DNA from: Octopus vulgaris
Lineage: Eukaryota
Length of the DNA: 64,000 nt
Reading direction: 5' to 3'
NCBI GenBank assembly: GCA_951406725.2
Contig: OX597826.1
Coordinates: 40,300,001 to 40,364,000 of the forward strand
Shown here in pieces: positions 13,212-25,968 of the stretch. The position numbers were made by a program, and so were the translations under genes. The notes below the pieces were generated by a model. It worked only from the letters and a program-made list of their open reading frames with translations. It was not told where the DNA came from and did no database searches. Position 1 is the stretch's first letter. Each line of letters starts with the position of its first letter.

Positions 13212-13600
13212 AAGAAGTTTGCTTCCCAAGCTGGTTATTCCGGATTCAGTCCCCTGACGTGGAATCTTATCTTCTAGTATAGTTCCAGGTCGACAAAAGT
13301 CTCTTGAGTGATTTTGATCGACGGAAACTGAAAGAAACCCATCTTATATGTGTGTGTATGTGTGTGTGTGCGTGCGTGCGTGCTTGCGTGCGTGCATATG
13401 TGCGTGTGTATGTGAGTGTGTGTGTGTGTGTGTATGTGCATGTATGTGTTTGCTTGATGTTGGTTTGTTTATGTCCAGTAACTTAGCAATTCGGCAAAGA
13501 CGACAGATACAATACATACTGGGCTCGATTCTTTCGACAACTTACCTTCAAGCTGATGTCCTAGCATGGCCGCAGCCCTCTAATTAAAAGACGATAAAAG
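13212..13600 (+). mobile_element. Degenerate SINE family A with expanded (TG)n
   Basis: GATTCAGTCCC, ACGGAAACTGAAAGAAACCC and CTAGCATGGCCGCAG landmarks in the family-A order. Confidence 0.8.
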
Positions 13601-14134
13601 ACGATGAAATATAGTGGTCAACTGCAACTGTTGCTTCGGAAATGGTAAAAGCCTTGTACAATAATTTGAGATTGTATGTAAAAGTTTAAAATACTAAATT
13701 TAGGTATTTTCTTTATTATTGATATTATTATTAGAGGAGTAATTGGACAACGTTTCTCTACAAGGTCGTCGCTTGTTTAGTTAAAAATAGCATTAAACAA
13801 CACACTACTTTTACTGACTGAAAAATGTTATAATATAATGTAATAGTCGACATTTGAGAAATTACTGGATATTCAGGACAAGAAATACAGATATGATGGA
13901 TAAGGGATGATACTGAGCTAAATAAATAACAATAATATCGGGTCTAAAAAGAAAGACTCACAAGTAACGATTGTACAATAGCCAATAAAAAAACTCTAAA
14001 CTCATAACTAACAAGACTATGACACATTGTAATGCAGTATAGGGTCCTGAGAGAGATGAAAGCATATTGAACACACATGTATATATTTGTATGTACGAGT
14101 GTACACATACGCTCACCCACGCACGCACGCACAC

Positions 14135-14171
<37 letters not shown>

Positions 14172-14610
14172 GAGAGACAGAGAGTGAGGATATGTGTATA
14201 TATACAAAATAATTTAATAAATAAGAAAAATAATACATCTAAACATTTTTTTATAATTACAGTCAGTTATAGGGTATATTCAAATCTGTACGACGCATGT
14301 TTCTGCTGAATAGACATTTCGCAATGTGTTTTATTTGCATCCTGGTTGAGAGTCTTTACAGCTTTATTCAAAGTATTGCGCGCATACACAAACACATGTA
14401 TATATTTATATAGTCAATTCAATGAACAAACAATTCAAAAATCGAAGACAACAGAAAGAGAAAAAAATGGAACAAGAAAAAGCGAACGTGATGAGGTGCA
14501 CAAGACTTATATTAGTATGACGCTCGGTGAAAGGAAAGAGTTTTTGATATTTCGATCATGGACCGTCATCGGAAAGGAGAAAGGGAAAATCCAAAGACGA
14601 AGAAGGAAAA

Positions 14611-14740
14611 TTGCCTTTCATCTTCTCGGGGTCGATAAATAAAGTACCAGTTTCACACTGGGTCGATGTAATCAACTTAATCCCTTTGTCTGTCCTTGTT
14701 TGTCCCCTCTATGTTTAGCCCCTTGTGGGTAGTAAAGAAA
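14611..14740 (+). mobile_element. SINE family B 3' half, tail variant 2
   Basis: TTGCCTTTCATCTTCTCGGGGTCGATAAATAAAGTACCAG...GTCCCCTCTATGTTTAGCCCCTTGTGGGTAGTAAAGAAA; same tail as 25376-25440 on the minus strand. Confidence 0.88.
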
Positions 14741-14741
14741 C

Positions 14742-14772
<31 letters not shown>

Positions 14773-14775
14773 TAA

Positions 14776-14922
14776 GACAGGCTTCTTTCAGTTTCCGTCT
14801 AACAAATCCACTCCACACTTTGGTCAACCCGAGGCTATAGTAAAAGGTGCCACAGAGTAGGACTGAACTCGGAACTATGTGGTTGTTAAGCAAACTACTT
14901 AACACACAGCCACTCCTACGCC
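14776..14922 (-). mobile_element. SINE family A 5' half
   Basis: Reverse complement of GGCGTAGGAGTGGCTGTGTGTTAAGTAG...GGAAACTGAAAGAAGCCTGTC. Confidence 0.85.
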
Positions 14923-14936
14923 TATATTATTATTAT

Positions 14937-14969
<33 letters not shown>

Positions 14970-15689
14970 ATACATATATACATATAGTTCAAATGTACAG
15001 AAAATAAAAGACAGATAGGTATGAGAAAAACAAGCAGGTGTACTAGTTTGACGTTCGGGAAAAATGGAATACGCTTAAAAGAGATGAGAGTAAAAATATG
15101 GAGAGAAAAAAACTAGAGAGAAAATTTTAATATATCTACTACATGTGTGGTAAATTCAGTCTGTGGGAATGTTTGTGGAGTTGTTAGCTAAATCTTGCTA
15201 CATCGTTTTGATGAAACTTGACACGTGAGTAGAACTCATGTCTGGAAACCTCATGACATACTCAGATTGTTGAAAAAAATCAATAATAGGGCTCCTTGAA
15301 GGGATCCTTATATATATCAAATATATTTCATTTCAACAGTCAAGGGAAATAACAAATTCACCCAGATTTTAACAGCCAAGGGACATAACCCATTCAATTT
15401 TCTTAATTCATTTGGTATAAATTGAATTGAGTATGCTCATTTCTTAGAATTTGAACTGTTAAAGTTATTTTCGCAACTTATCCAGTACAACCATTAAGCA
15501 ACTAAATAGTAGTTTCCTAAACAATAGATCCATTAATTTCGGTTAGTGACGAATATACCAACACTAGCGCCGCTGAGAGCAATATTCTCTGGGAACGCAC
15601 AAAATCCCTTTTCAGAGTTATTTACTTTGAATTGTTATTAGCTCATATCTGAGTAACCTGTTATTACGTAATATGCTTAACGATTTTTA

Positions 15690-16700
15690 ACTTGTCCAAT
15701 GGTTTATTGAATTGATTAATCTCTATTTTACAGACTTGAACAATTACAATTACAGCCATTTTACGTATCCTGTGTAAAAAGATATTCTGAGTGCAAGGCC
15801 AGCGGCAAAGGAAATTCATGAAGTGGAAGGCACAGGAACTTCCAAGAAAGGTGAGGCATATAATTGATTCACACTCTTCAAGAAAGGTCACACCAGCCTC
15901 GAAGACAAACTGTTTTGTAAGATGAGACCTTCCTTGAAAGAGTTGCACAACAGCCAATAAGAAGCACTCATGCTTTATCGACAGGACTTGGGTCTGCACA
16001 AAGCATCAGCAATCGATCCCTCCATAAGGTTGGCCTTGTGAACAGACGCTGTCGAGAAGCTTTTTATAAACTGATCATTAGCGAGGTGCAACGCGGCGTA
16101 AACATTTGCACACAACGACTGGCAAATCCGCCCGTATTTGGCGTCGAACTGTAAATGGGGATGAGAAGTAGATTTATTTTCGTTAATGCGATAATAGAAA
16201 ATCATAAGCATCATTCCGGCCTGACTTCAGAGCCTTTTATCAAAAAAGGGATGTTTGAACAGAAGGCATACTGTGTCTTTAGCGGAATTTCGAGAGACTA
16301 CTGCCCTATGACTTTCTCCAACATGGTTATGCTGTGAACGCTTATACTGTGAACGCTAACCCTTATGGTCAACAAATGCAGCACATATGTGATGCTTTCA
16401 ATGCTATCGGGCATTGATCAATCGGAGACGCCCGTTTCAACAGCATGACAATGCCCCGATGGACACTGCAAATGTGACCAAAATGCAAACTTGAGAAACT
16501 TGAGGTAATGAAAGGGCTGTGTCACCCTGCCTACAAGGTCTCAATTCCAGCACGGATGAAGGTTCAACAATATGGATGAGGTTGAAAACGGGTGCGGGGA
16601 GTCTTTTTCGTATGGAATTTGTTTTGAATATTAATTCTAAAATATAAAAAAACTGGTATATCGGCTCTGAGGATCCATAAAGAACGAAGGCATATCAATG
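15690..16700 (+). mobile_element. Decayed mariner (Tc1/mariner DDD) transposase relic
   Basis: Frameshifted plus-strand segments read FKKGHTSLEDK (HTH region), GMFEQKA.LC, FQQHDNAP (second catalytic D), HPAY (YSPDL region) and NNMDEVENGC..FF, in mariner order. Confidence 0.8.
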
Positions 16701-17319
16701 TGGAGCATACCACTAATTGGCTAAACAGAATTAGGATTACCCAAAGTAGGCTGTGAAGTAATCCATTACCAGCACGGAAGACATCGATGAACTTAGGAGA
16801 CAGCTGTTGAGTAATCCTTAATTCCAATAGTATACAAAGTATTCAGCGATAAATAAAATATATTCTGGGTGTAAAATAAAATAAAACAAATTAATGGATT
16901 TTCGTGTATAGCTACAAAAGTTTTGTTAGAAGTATTTATCGTGATGCAAGTATAATACAATTATTCATGTCAGCAAAGCACTAAGCAACTCCCAACCTGA
17001 TCCGCGAACATCTCAAAACAGTGATGCAACGACATGTTGAATAATCCATTGAATCACATCAAATGGAATTGCAAATGAAAATACCGATGTCCTGAAGCTG
17101 TCATTCGAGTATAATATAAAGTAGGAGGGGTTGCAAGTATAATAACATTTACAGATAAAAAGACATAAAAGTAAAAGAAAGTCAGAAAAGATATTTGCAT
17201 TCGGTAAGATATTTGGCGTCAAAAACGTATTACCTCCATTTAGACACATTTGGTGCCGTCTTTGACAATTTCGTTTTATCAAACGACAACAACAACAACA
17301 ATACTAAATGTTTTTAAGT

Positions 17320-17425
17320 AGTACCAGACAATAGCTCTCATGGCTTCTGATCTTAACTGAAGTGTTAAACTGTACATATTTTTGTCTTGGTGTAAATGAT
17401 GGGCTACAGAAAATACTATACTCTA
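17320..17425 (+). mobile_element. Family D retroposon, short terminal fragment
   Basis: AGTACCAGACAATAGCTCTCATGGCTTCTGATCTTAACTGA...GATGGGCTACAG matches 30382-30490. Confidence 0.8.
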
Positions 17426-17443
17426 TGTGTGTATATATGTATG

Positions 17444-17518
<75 letters not shown>

Positions 17519-17585
17519 CATATATATATATATACATATGCATATATAAATACATAAATATATATATATATATATATGTATATAT
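17425..17585. repeat. (TA)n-rich microsatellite
   Basis: Directly visible. Confidence 0.97.
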
Positions 17586-18119
17586 CAAAATAAGCAACAA
17601 GGATATCCAGAGGTAATTGAACGATTCAATCATTACATCAATTTAAAATGCTGAGCAATCCTCAGCTGCACAAAGACATAGAATTTAATTAATTCAGAAC
17701 AGATGGACACATTAGTATAATTATACCTAAAATCTCCAAGAAGTTAAGGAGATAGACAAAGAACATCTTGTCTCAACTTCAGCATAGAAGTTACTAAATT
17801 AACAAGACGACTGTGCGTGTCACTGATTTTATTTGATTTTATGGGGTCAGTTTTAATTTATAGACGAGTATATCAAATCTATTGTATATCTAAGGCTGAG
17901 ACAATAAAGGGCAGTATTTGTTAGGGGTAGAGCTGAGGGAGCAGACGGAAATCATAGTTGGTATAGTCATAAAAAATCAAGATTTATTAGAAGCAATATC
18001 ATAAGGTTTGGTAAAGGAAAACTTAAAACAAGATGTTAGCTGACAATTTAGCGAGGTCGCCCACTAGCAGACCATTGATAATGAAAAAGGGGAAGTCTTA
18101 TCATGTAGTACTATAGTTA

Positions 18120-19380
18120 AATGTTTTAAACAATGTTGCTATATTGCATTCAGTTAAATTTTAGGGCTATTCAGAGGTTTAATAAGAAGAATATTTTAAC
18201 AAAAGGATAGAAATTTATGAATACTTTTGAGTATATACCAAACTTTTACCACGATAGAGGAAGGAAAAGAAATTATCCAGAAATAGTTCAATATTTATAC
18301 ATGTTGTACACTTAAATACTAACTCATTAGGTGGTATCTGTGAATATTAATTAATTGGTATATACTAGTATTAAAAAGGAGTATTGAGGTAAAAGAACAT
18401 TCTAATTATATATTAATAAAAATTATAATCTAAGCAGTTTTTTTATAAGTAGTCAATAAATCAGTATAGTTTTATATAATCTAAGTATGAATTTATAGAG
18501 ATACAAAGATTAGCTTAATTTTATGAATAAATAAAGGTGAATTATAAAATAATAAAGAAATGAAATAAAATAATCAAGTAGGGCGGAACACCATAGAAAA
18601 GGAATAAAATAGCTTAATTACTAATACTATGGAAAAGTATATGTAGCTTATTAGCACCAATAGAGAAAATTTATAGAAAAAGTATAATAATTCAAAATAT
18701 ATTAGACTAAACATTATATATTTACTTAATTAGCTAATATCAATAAAAGACTGATGTCTGGTATCAGCTAATGGAATATTTAAGTTATGGAACATTTATA
18801 TTTTACACTAATTTTTCTTTATATAAACTAAGGGTTATATTATAGGTTTAAGAAGTTATTATTTTGACTCCCTACATGATATTTATAGTTTCTTAGTGGT
18901 ACTTGTTTAGAAGGGTTAATTATATAAAGACCTTCATAAAATAATAAGACCAGGAGGGTAGAGTCATTTAAGAAAGATATAAATCAAGTAATTTCTAAAG
19001 ATCGTTTCAAATATTGTCTTATTGTATAAAGTTAAAATCCAGGGTACTCAAGAAGATTATTAAAAATGAAATTTTAGCAAAAGGATAAAACTTCTATGAA
19101 TATTTTGAGTATATACCAAATTTTTACCACAATAGAGGGAGGAAAAGAAAATTGCAAAGAAAATATTTTTATATTTATTTACTTATTATGTATCTAAATA
19201 TTAACTTAGAGATTGATCAATTGGATTTACTTGGTATCTAATAATGGACCAACTGAGGTTACAGAACATGTTAATTATAGACGGATTTAATAAAATTGAA
19301 CTATTTAAGTTGTCGAGATACTGGTATTACCTTATATAAGCTGAGTATGAAATAATAGGGGTACAAGAATTAGATATATT
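18120..19380 (+). repeat. Diverged direct duplication (~390 bp units at ~18120-18515 and ~19000-19380)
   Basis: TTTTAACAAAAGGATAG..TTTTGAGTATATACCAAA..TTTTACCAC.ATAGAGG.AGGAAAAGAAA recurs at an offset of 878 bp; weaker alignment continues on both sides. Confidence 0.8.
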
Positions 19381-19534
19381 GAAGGCTACTATAAAACAAT
19401 AATAATAAGCATCAAAGAAAATGAATGAAGACAGTCTAATCACTAAAATATCCATACCTTAATAGCAAATATTAATAACAAATGTATAATAATTTAAAAC
19501 AATGTCATTATTGTATGAAGTTAAAATTTAGGGA

Positions 19535-20262
19535 AAAGGCGAGTACCTGGCGCATCCATATAACCAGTACTCCAAATAGGCTGTACTGGTTAGCCTTGGA
19601 TGGCAAGCAGCCTAGAAGGAACACTCCAAGCCCAAAACTAGTGGAGCAAGTACCCTGCCGCGTTAGCGGATTGCCTTGATGGAGATGATATCTCAATAAA
19701 AATGCCGGTTGGTAGTAGCCTAAAAACACACCTCATTTGTGAGTAAAAATGCCAAGCAAAATAAATGACGATAACGGTGTGAACGGGGCAAGAACCAATG
19801 GTGAAGGTGCCGTACCCGGCAGGTGCCCCACTGTGCAGCAAGATGGGCCCGATCGTAATCCAACAAATGGTAGCCATACTACAAGACACAGTCCTTGTAC
19901 TGGTCAAATTATGCAACGTGCTCGAAAATGCAAGTGGTCCATTGATATGAACCAAAAGGCCATCCAGTGCCATGAACAAGCCTTGCTAGACAAGAACAAT
20001 GGCAAGTGCAACGCTGTCGGAAAAAGATCATTAGAACTTTGGAACCGGCTGAGTATACTTCAGATTATTGAAAATGGGCTCAAGAATCAGATAAGAATAA
20101 TTTGGAATAGAGGCTTTCTTAATGAGGCCCAAAATCAGACAATCAGGAAAAACCGCTGTAGTGTTGAGAATCCCGAGTAGAAAATACGTAGCCAAGATGA
20201 AGTTGTAGTGGAGGAGAGGCAGGCCAATGTAGAAAACCCCGAAATAAGAGGTGTAGGATATT
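19535..20262 (+). mobile_element. 5' UTR and N-terminal ORF fragment of an RLE-clade LINE
   Basis: ORF 19749-20180 (MPSKINDDNG...PGRCPTV...RKCKWSIDMNQKAIQC...LELW...LKNQIRIIWNRGFLNEA) resembles the N-terminus of R4-like ORFs (KWT.E.N..I..C, L..Q.R.I...G.L); GC-richer leader with a hairpin. Confidence 0.65.
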
Positions 20263-20274
20263 ACAACAACAACA

Positions 20275-20306
<32 letters not shown>

Positions 20307-20359
20307 AACTACTACTACTACTGCTGCTGCTGCTGCTACTACTGCTACTACTACCACTG

Positions 20360-20404
<45 letters not shown>

Positions 20405-20422
20405 GTAGTAGTAGTAGTAGTA
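20263..20422. repeat. (CTA)n/(CTG)n tract switching to (TAG)n
   Basis: Directly visible; strand switch near 20404. Confidence 0.95.
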
Positions 20423-20429
20423 AAAGTTA

Positions 20430-20745
20430 GTCACCATGACACAATAATCATGGATTCGAAAGAAAACACCTGCTTACTGATAGACATTGCAGTCCCTTCT
20501 AAACAAAATATTGTCAAAACAGATGTGGAGAAATTGCCAATGTATAAATACCTCGGAATTGAAGTATTCAAGATGCGGGGCGTAAAGATAAAAGCAATAC
20601 CAATAATATTTGGAGCAATGGGCATGATAAAGAAACATACGAGCGAAAACAAAGTAACTATACTTAGATTCTCAACACTACACTCTATCTAGCCCTGCTA
20701 GAAACAGCCTACATCCTACGCAAGACATTATCAATCCAATAATAC
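20430..20745 (+). mobile_element. RLE endonuclease C-terminus of R4/Dong-like LINE
   Basis: DTIIMDSKENTCLLIDIAVPSKQNIVKTDVEKLPMYKYLGIEVFKMRGVKIKAIPIIFGAMGMIKK...LLETAYILRKTLS. Confidence 0.88.
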
Positions 20746-21030
20746 AACCTACAGAAAACAACCCACAACACAAGACACACTCTATACAGCAATTACCCAA
20801 TGAAATAAAGTTTCACCAGCAAGCTATTTAAACCACTATTTAAACCACTCAACACATAATACAAGAAGTAATACAACAAAAGACTGCACAACACCTCAAG
20901 AGAAAAAATACTAGCACAATACAATACCAGGAAGAGTTTGCGAGACCCCAACAACAGAAAAGAACACACAATGCTGCACATACCCCGGCAATATGGAGGT
21001 GTAGTAGGTACTGCAGCAGAAATTTGCCTT

Positions 21031-21182
21031 GGCTGTGTGGTAAGTAGCTTGTTTACCAACCACATGGTTCCGGGTTCAGTCCCACTGCGTGGCACCTTGG
21101 GCAAGTGTCTTCTACTATAGCCTCGGGCCGACCAAAGCCTTGTGAGTGGATTTGGTAGACGGAAACTGAAAGAAGCCCGTCG

Positions 21183-21225
<43 letters not shown>

Positions 21226-21436
21226 TTGTGTGTCTGTGTTTGTCCCCCTAGCATTGCTTGACAACCGAGGCTGGTGTGCTTATGTCCCCGTTACCTAGCG
21301 GTTCGGCAAAACAGACCGATAGAATAAGTACTGGGCTTACAAAAGAATAAGTCCCGGGGTCGAGTTGCCTGATTAAAGGCGGTGCTCCAGCATGGCCGCA
21401 GTCAAATGACTTAAACAAGTAAAAGAGTAAAAGAGT
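21031..21436 (+). mobile_element. SINE family A, near full length, low divergence
   Basis: tRNA-like head (GGCTGTGTGGTAAG A-box-like; GGTTCAGTCCC B-box-like), internal (TA)n(TG)n, tail AGTAAAAG x2. Confidence 0.95.
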
Positions 21437-21778
21437 AATTAAATAATAACTAGCGGGACTCGTTAATATTTCACGGAATTAATGGTAAACCTATTGGGTT
21501 ATTTCTGAAAGTTTTATCCCAAAAAACTGAAAGTGTAGCAAGTGTTGTGCCTGTATGGAAAGTTAGTCTCTCATCCGCTACTCATTGAAAAGTGAAAGAA
21601 ATTGCAATACGATGGTTACTTAATGCACTTTACAAATACAGTTTATATACTTTATGCACAATTTTATAGACTGAATACACAGTACTCCCATAAACAGAAA
21701 AAATAGTCATGAGAATAAAAATAACACTCATAATAGCAATATTGATAATAATGGTGATAATGATAAGAATGATGGGGA

Positions 21779-22018
<240 letters not shown>

Positions 22019-23374
22019 TGATACATGTTATAGTAGTAACCCTTACAACAATGATAGTAGTGGCTGTCGAACTAATTATAACGATAACAGTAATAGTAGT
22101 AGGAATAGTCGTAGTCATGAAAACGGCAGCACTGTTAATAGTGATGTTGTGAGTAATACGTTTGATAATAACCCCACAATAACCAGAGTAACTAATGTTT
22201 TTGTAATGGTACTGTTGATAGCATTAATAGCAACGCTAACAGCACTGGATCCACATGTAATAATCTGAATAATTGCAGTAATAATTGTTACTACAGGTAT
22301 GATATTTATTCTTTTAATAATAGCGATAATGTATATAATAATCTGAGAGGGCATAACGTGTCCTAAAAATGGCGATAATGACTGTGATAGGAACTAAGGT
22401 AATATTAGGTGGGTTGGTGTATTTGACACTAATAGAATCAGATGGCTATGTAGAACTTAATGGTACTCATCATGCACACCGTAATAACTCTGTCACTACA
22501 TCCTCTGAGCTATGCACTTTTAGAAATAAGCTTCTGTGCCTTCTGAGTTATAGATGCTTGACTAAAACGATTGTGTACTGGAATATGTTCTTCCTTCAAA
22601 TTTAGATTACATAATCTTGTTTCACGCCTTTGAAAGGGACGATAAGCCTAAAACCAAATTACTTGTTACAAAAGTCTGTAACTTAAAATCATGTGTGTTG
22701 TAAAAGACACTAGGCTATTCGGTAGCTACAGATATAGTTGTAAACTGTGTTGTATAGAATTATTAGAAATTCCAAGATGTACAGGTGAGATTATAAAGAG
22801 ATCAGATAAACTTAGGATTCAATGCCCGCAGTCTATACGACGAACTTTTTTCTTCTAAACCTGTACTTTAGATCCCTTCTGATAACTTTGACATTTATCT
22901 AAACATAAAGCTTCTTGGTGGATCTTTATCTCCCTTGTGCGATCCAATATTACTGTTGTCGTAATAGAGAGAAATGAAATGACTTTCACCCACCATAACT
23001 TTTATATGATAACGTAAGCTATAGTTTATTTTTAGTCTTAATTTTTGATTTGGGGGTTAACTTCCCAATAACTGCACTATCCCTATTTGATCACATACTC
23101 TAGTTTCATTATAATAGATACTTCTATATTCTCATTCGTCTTTGGATATTAGATATAAAAAAATTTGAATATCACTATTTAAGGTTATTACCACTTGTTT
23201 CCCTATTTATGTTTCACTTTCTAATTATTTATTTATTCATTAGCTTCACTCATTTTGTCCTTATACGGACCAAGGCACATTTTCTCTATGTTGTTCTGTC
23301 TATCTATTCATCTCTAATTATTCTTTCTCTAGGTTTACTTCTCAACTCACCTTCTCTACCTCTACATCTTTCTA

Positions 23375-23904
23375 TCGTATCATATGTTATCGGCTTCAGT
23401 TTAACGAAATATTAGGAACACATTTTCAATGATAAATGCTGCTAAGTAGAATGCCGTAGGTATCCATGAATCAGGAACCTTTATAAATCTTCACAATCAC
23501 AACCTCTCCTTATCTGATCTTCTCCATTTCTCTTGGTTTATCCACTTCACATTAATAGCCTCAACAATCTATGTTTCAAGATTATTGAAAAATAAACTTA
23601 ATTACTAATGCTCGTTTTCACCTTGTTGATGGCAGTGAAAAGTCAATAATTTGATAGCTTCTTCTCACACACGTGACACTAGTGTCCTAACTCATGTGAT
23701 TAATCACGTGTAAACTAATGAATTACAGAATTACACAATATGAAACAAAATGTTGTCCTCAGTTGTTATCTTTCATCAACTAATTGACATTCAGCCTCGA
23801 AAGCGATTTTCAATCAAACACTCAACCAACTATTCAAGTGTAATGTATTATATCAAAGTGTAATGATGTTTCCGCTGATATGAGGAGATGAGAGAATGAA
23901 GGAG
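23375..23904. promoter_or_regulatory. Duplicated ~500-bp non-coding element, copy 1 (candidate promoter/enhancer or old repeat)
   Basis: Co-linear alignment with 34443-34943; shared TTTATAAA (23480-23487), paired CACGTG and several TTATC/GATA sites. The duplication is clear; the regulatory role is inferred. Confidence 0.4.
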
Positions 23905-24274
23905 AGATAAAAGTGTGCTGCTGTGTGCTACAAACAACAATTATGAACTTCCATGTTCGTGAACGAGACCTAAAACGTTGTTAAGAGGTTTCAATTGAAA
24001 CGTTAAGAACACAAATAGAACTTAGACAAGACATTAAGTTAGCTTGAGTAGATACGACAAAATGCTGAATCTTGTCAACGAAGCATAAATAATGAGAATC
24101 CTGGTAGAAAATACAATTGGGTGGTATGTCTGCTTATGTGTATATATGTGTATGTGTGTGTAGTGTATGAATGTACATTTACAGATATATTATATACATA
24201 CATATGTATATACACATGTACATACATGTATACATACATTCATATATACATATAGACAAAATTTGTTTCTGTTG

Positions 24275-24334
<60 letters not shown>

Positions 24335-24543
24335 AGAAAGATAATGGTGTCATTGAGACCCAAAGGTGTCAGGTAATGCTGAATAAGTACTATAGACATA
24401 CCATAGTTAAATTCCAGATTCGGTAATATTGCGAATAAAGGGTTCAACGTTGGTTCTATGTCAGCGTGTGTATAGATGAATTTTTTGCGTAATGAGATAA
24501 AAAAGAACCAGGGCTGTATAGATATTTGAGCATTTATAGATAG

Positions 24544-24598
24544 GTCTTACAGCTGTTTCTAGAATATTAATTAATAATAATATCCCTTCATCGGAGAC
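24544..24598 (-). ncRNA. Type-I hammerhead ribozyme-like motif (Penelope-associated), U4C core variant
   Basis: Minus strand GTCT-CCGATGA-AGGGATATT..AATATTCTA-GAAA-C-AGCT-G-TA-AGAC: stem I GTCT/AGAC, AT-rich stem II, stem III with palindromic AGCT loop. Confidence 0.7.
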
Positions 24599-24694
24599 GG
24601 TGTGAAAGGAAAAATTAAGTCATAGTTAGTTTCGATGTGATACAAATAGAGAGTGAGGTGGAGGAAAGAAAACAGATGTAAGATATGTATGGTT

Positions 24695-24944
24695 GTGGAA
24701 GCACTCCGTCGGTTACGACGACGAGGGTTCCGGTTGATCCGATCAGCGGAACAGCCTGCTCGTGAAATTAACGTGTAAGTGGCTGAGCACTCCACAGACA
24801 CGTGTACCCTTAACGTAGTTCTCGGGGATATTCAGCGTGACACAGAGAGTGACAAGGCCGGCCCTTTGAAATACAGGTACAACAGAAACAGGAAGTAAGA
24901 GTGAGAGAAAGTTGTGGTGAAAGAGTACAGCAGGGATCACCACC
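24695..24944 (-). mobile_element. SINE family C, 5'-truncated, 10-bp TSD
   Basis: Reverse complement of ~46385-46628; ATGTATGGTT flanks both sides (24685-24694 and 24945-24954). Confidence 0.93.
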
Positions 24945-25375
24945 ATGTATGGTTATTGATTTCATAAATCAAGTTTTATAGGCATAATTGTATATGTGTA
25001 ATATTCTAATATCCTTTGAGTAAAATCCAAAGGTCCAACAGAGTTTAATATGAGTCCATCCAGATATAAAGTTTATAAGCAATGTAAGATTCTCTTAAAG
25101 TTGATCATTCCCAGTAGGGAATTTATATAGAGTGTAGCAGATTCGAGGTTTGTGTTTAAACTGACCTAGAAGTAGGGTGTGTATTAGTTTGGTCAAATTG
25201 AAAACAGGAAGAGAGGAATGACAAAGAAAAAAAAAGAGAGAGATAAAAGGAGGAGAGAAAGAAAGAATTAAAGAGAAACAAGAAAGAAGATCAATAAAAA
25301 CAAAAATAAAGAATAAAACCCCTGAAGTTATGAATAAAGAGAATAAACAAAAAAAAAGAGAAAAATTAAGATATA

Positions 25376-25606
25376 TATTTCTTTACTACCCACAAGGGGC
25401 TAAACACAGAGGGGACAAACAAGGACAGACAAAGGGATTAAGTCGATTACATCGACCCCAGTGCGTAACTGGTAATTAATTTATCGACCCCGAAAGGATG
25501 AAAGGCAAAGTGGACCTCGGCGGAATTTGAACTCAGAACGTAACGGCAGACGAAATACCGCTAAGCATTTCGCCCGGCATGCAAACGTTTCTGCCAGCTC
25601 GCCGCT
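25376..25606 (-). mobile_element. Full-length SINE family B (tail variant 2), 13-bp TSD
   Basis: AAATTAAGATATA at 25363-25375 and 25607-25619; head GCGGCGAGCTGGCAGAAACG on the minus strand. Confidence 0.95.
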
Positions 25607-25676
25607 AAATTAAGATATAGGTTGGTCAGTGGTCAGTGGAGGTAGTTTGACTACTGACCAACCTATATCTTAATTT
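25607..25676. repeat. 29-bp-arm hairpin with 12-nt loop
   Basis: AAATTAAGATATAGGTTGGTCAGTGGTCA / TGACTACTGACCAACCTATATCTTAATTT; one G:T pair. Confidence 0.92.
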
Positions 25677-25926
25677 TGGATTTTCTCTCCCTTTCCTTTC
25701 TGATATGGAGACTTAATTGTTATTTGATAATTCTGACACATCAAGATGCAACGACAATTTTGATAAATTGAGAATTTATTTTGTATCGTATTTGATGATA
25801 TAACTATGCTTGTCTACATATGCACCTCATAGTTAAGGCATACTTTCGCAAAACACAGAGGCACAGAGGCACAGACACTGTCTACCACTCTCGCTCTTCC
25901 ATATTCTCCTTCTATTTCTCTCTCTC

Positions 25927-25968
<42 letters not shown>

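Noticed and set aside
17790-19440. Mitochondrial insertion (NUMT) or DNA with a TAA/TAG=Gln genetic code
   Set aside because: No recognisable mitochondrial gene motif; aligned TAA/TAG codons are equally explained by C-to-T decay, and the reading frame cannot be fixed.
19749-20180. 143-aa ORF as a host gene
   Set aside because: Motifs and the adjacent RLE domain indicate a LINE N-terminal fragment.
23425-23520. C/D-box snoRNA within the duplicated element
   Set aside because: C box is imperfect (ATGATAA), no conserved terminal stem, and no recognisable rRNA-complementary guide.
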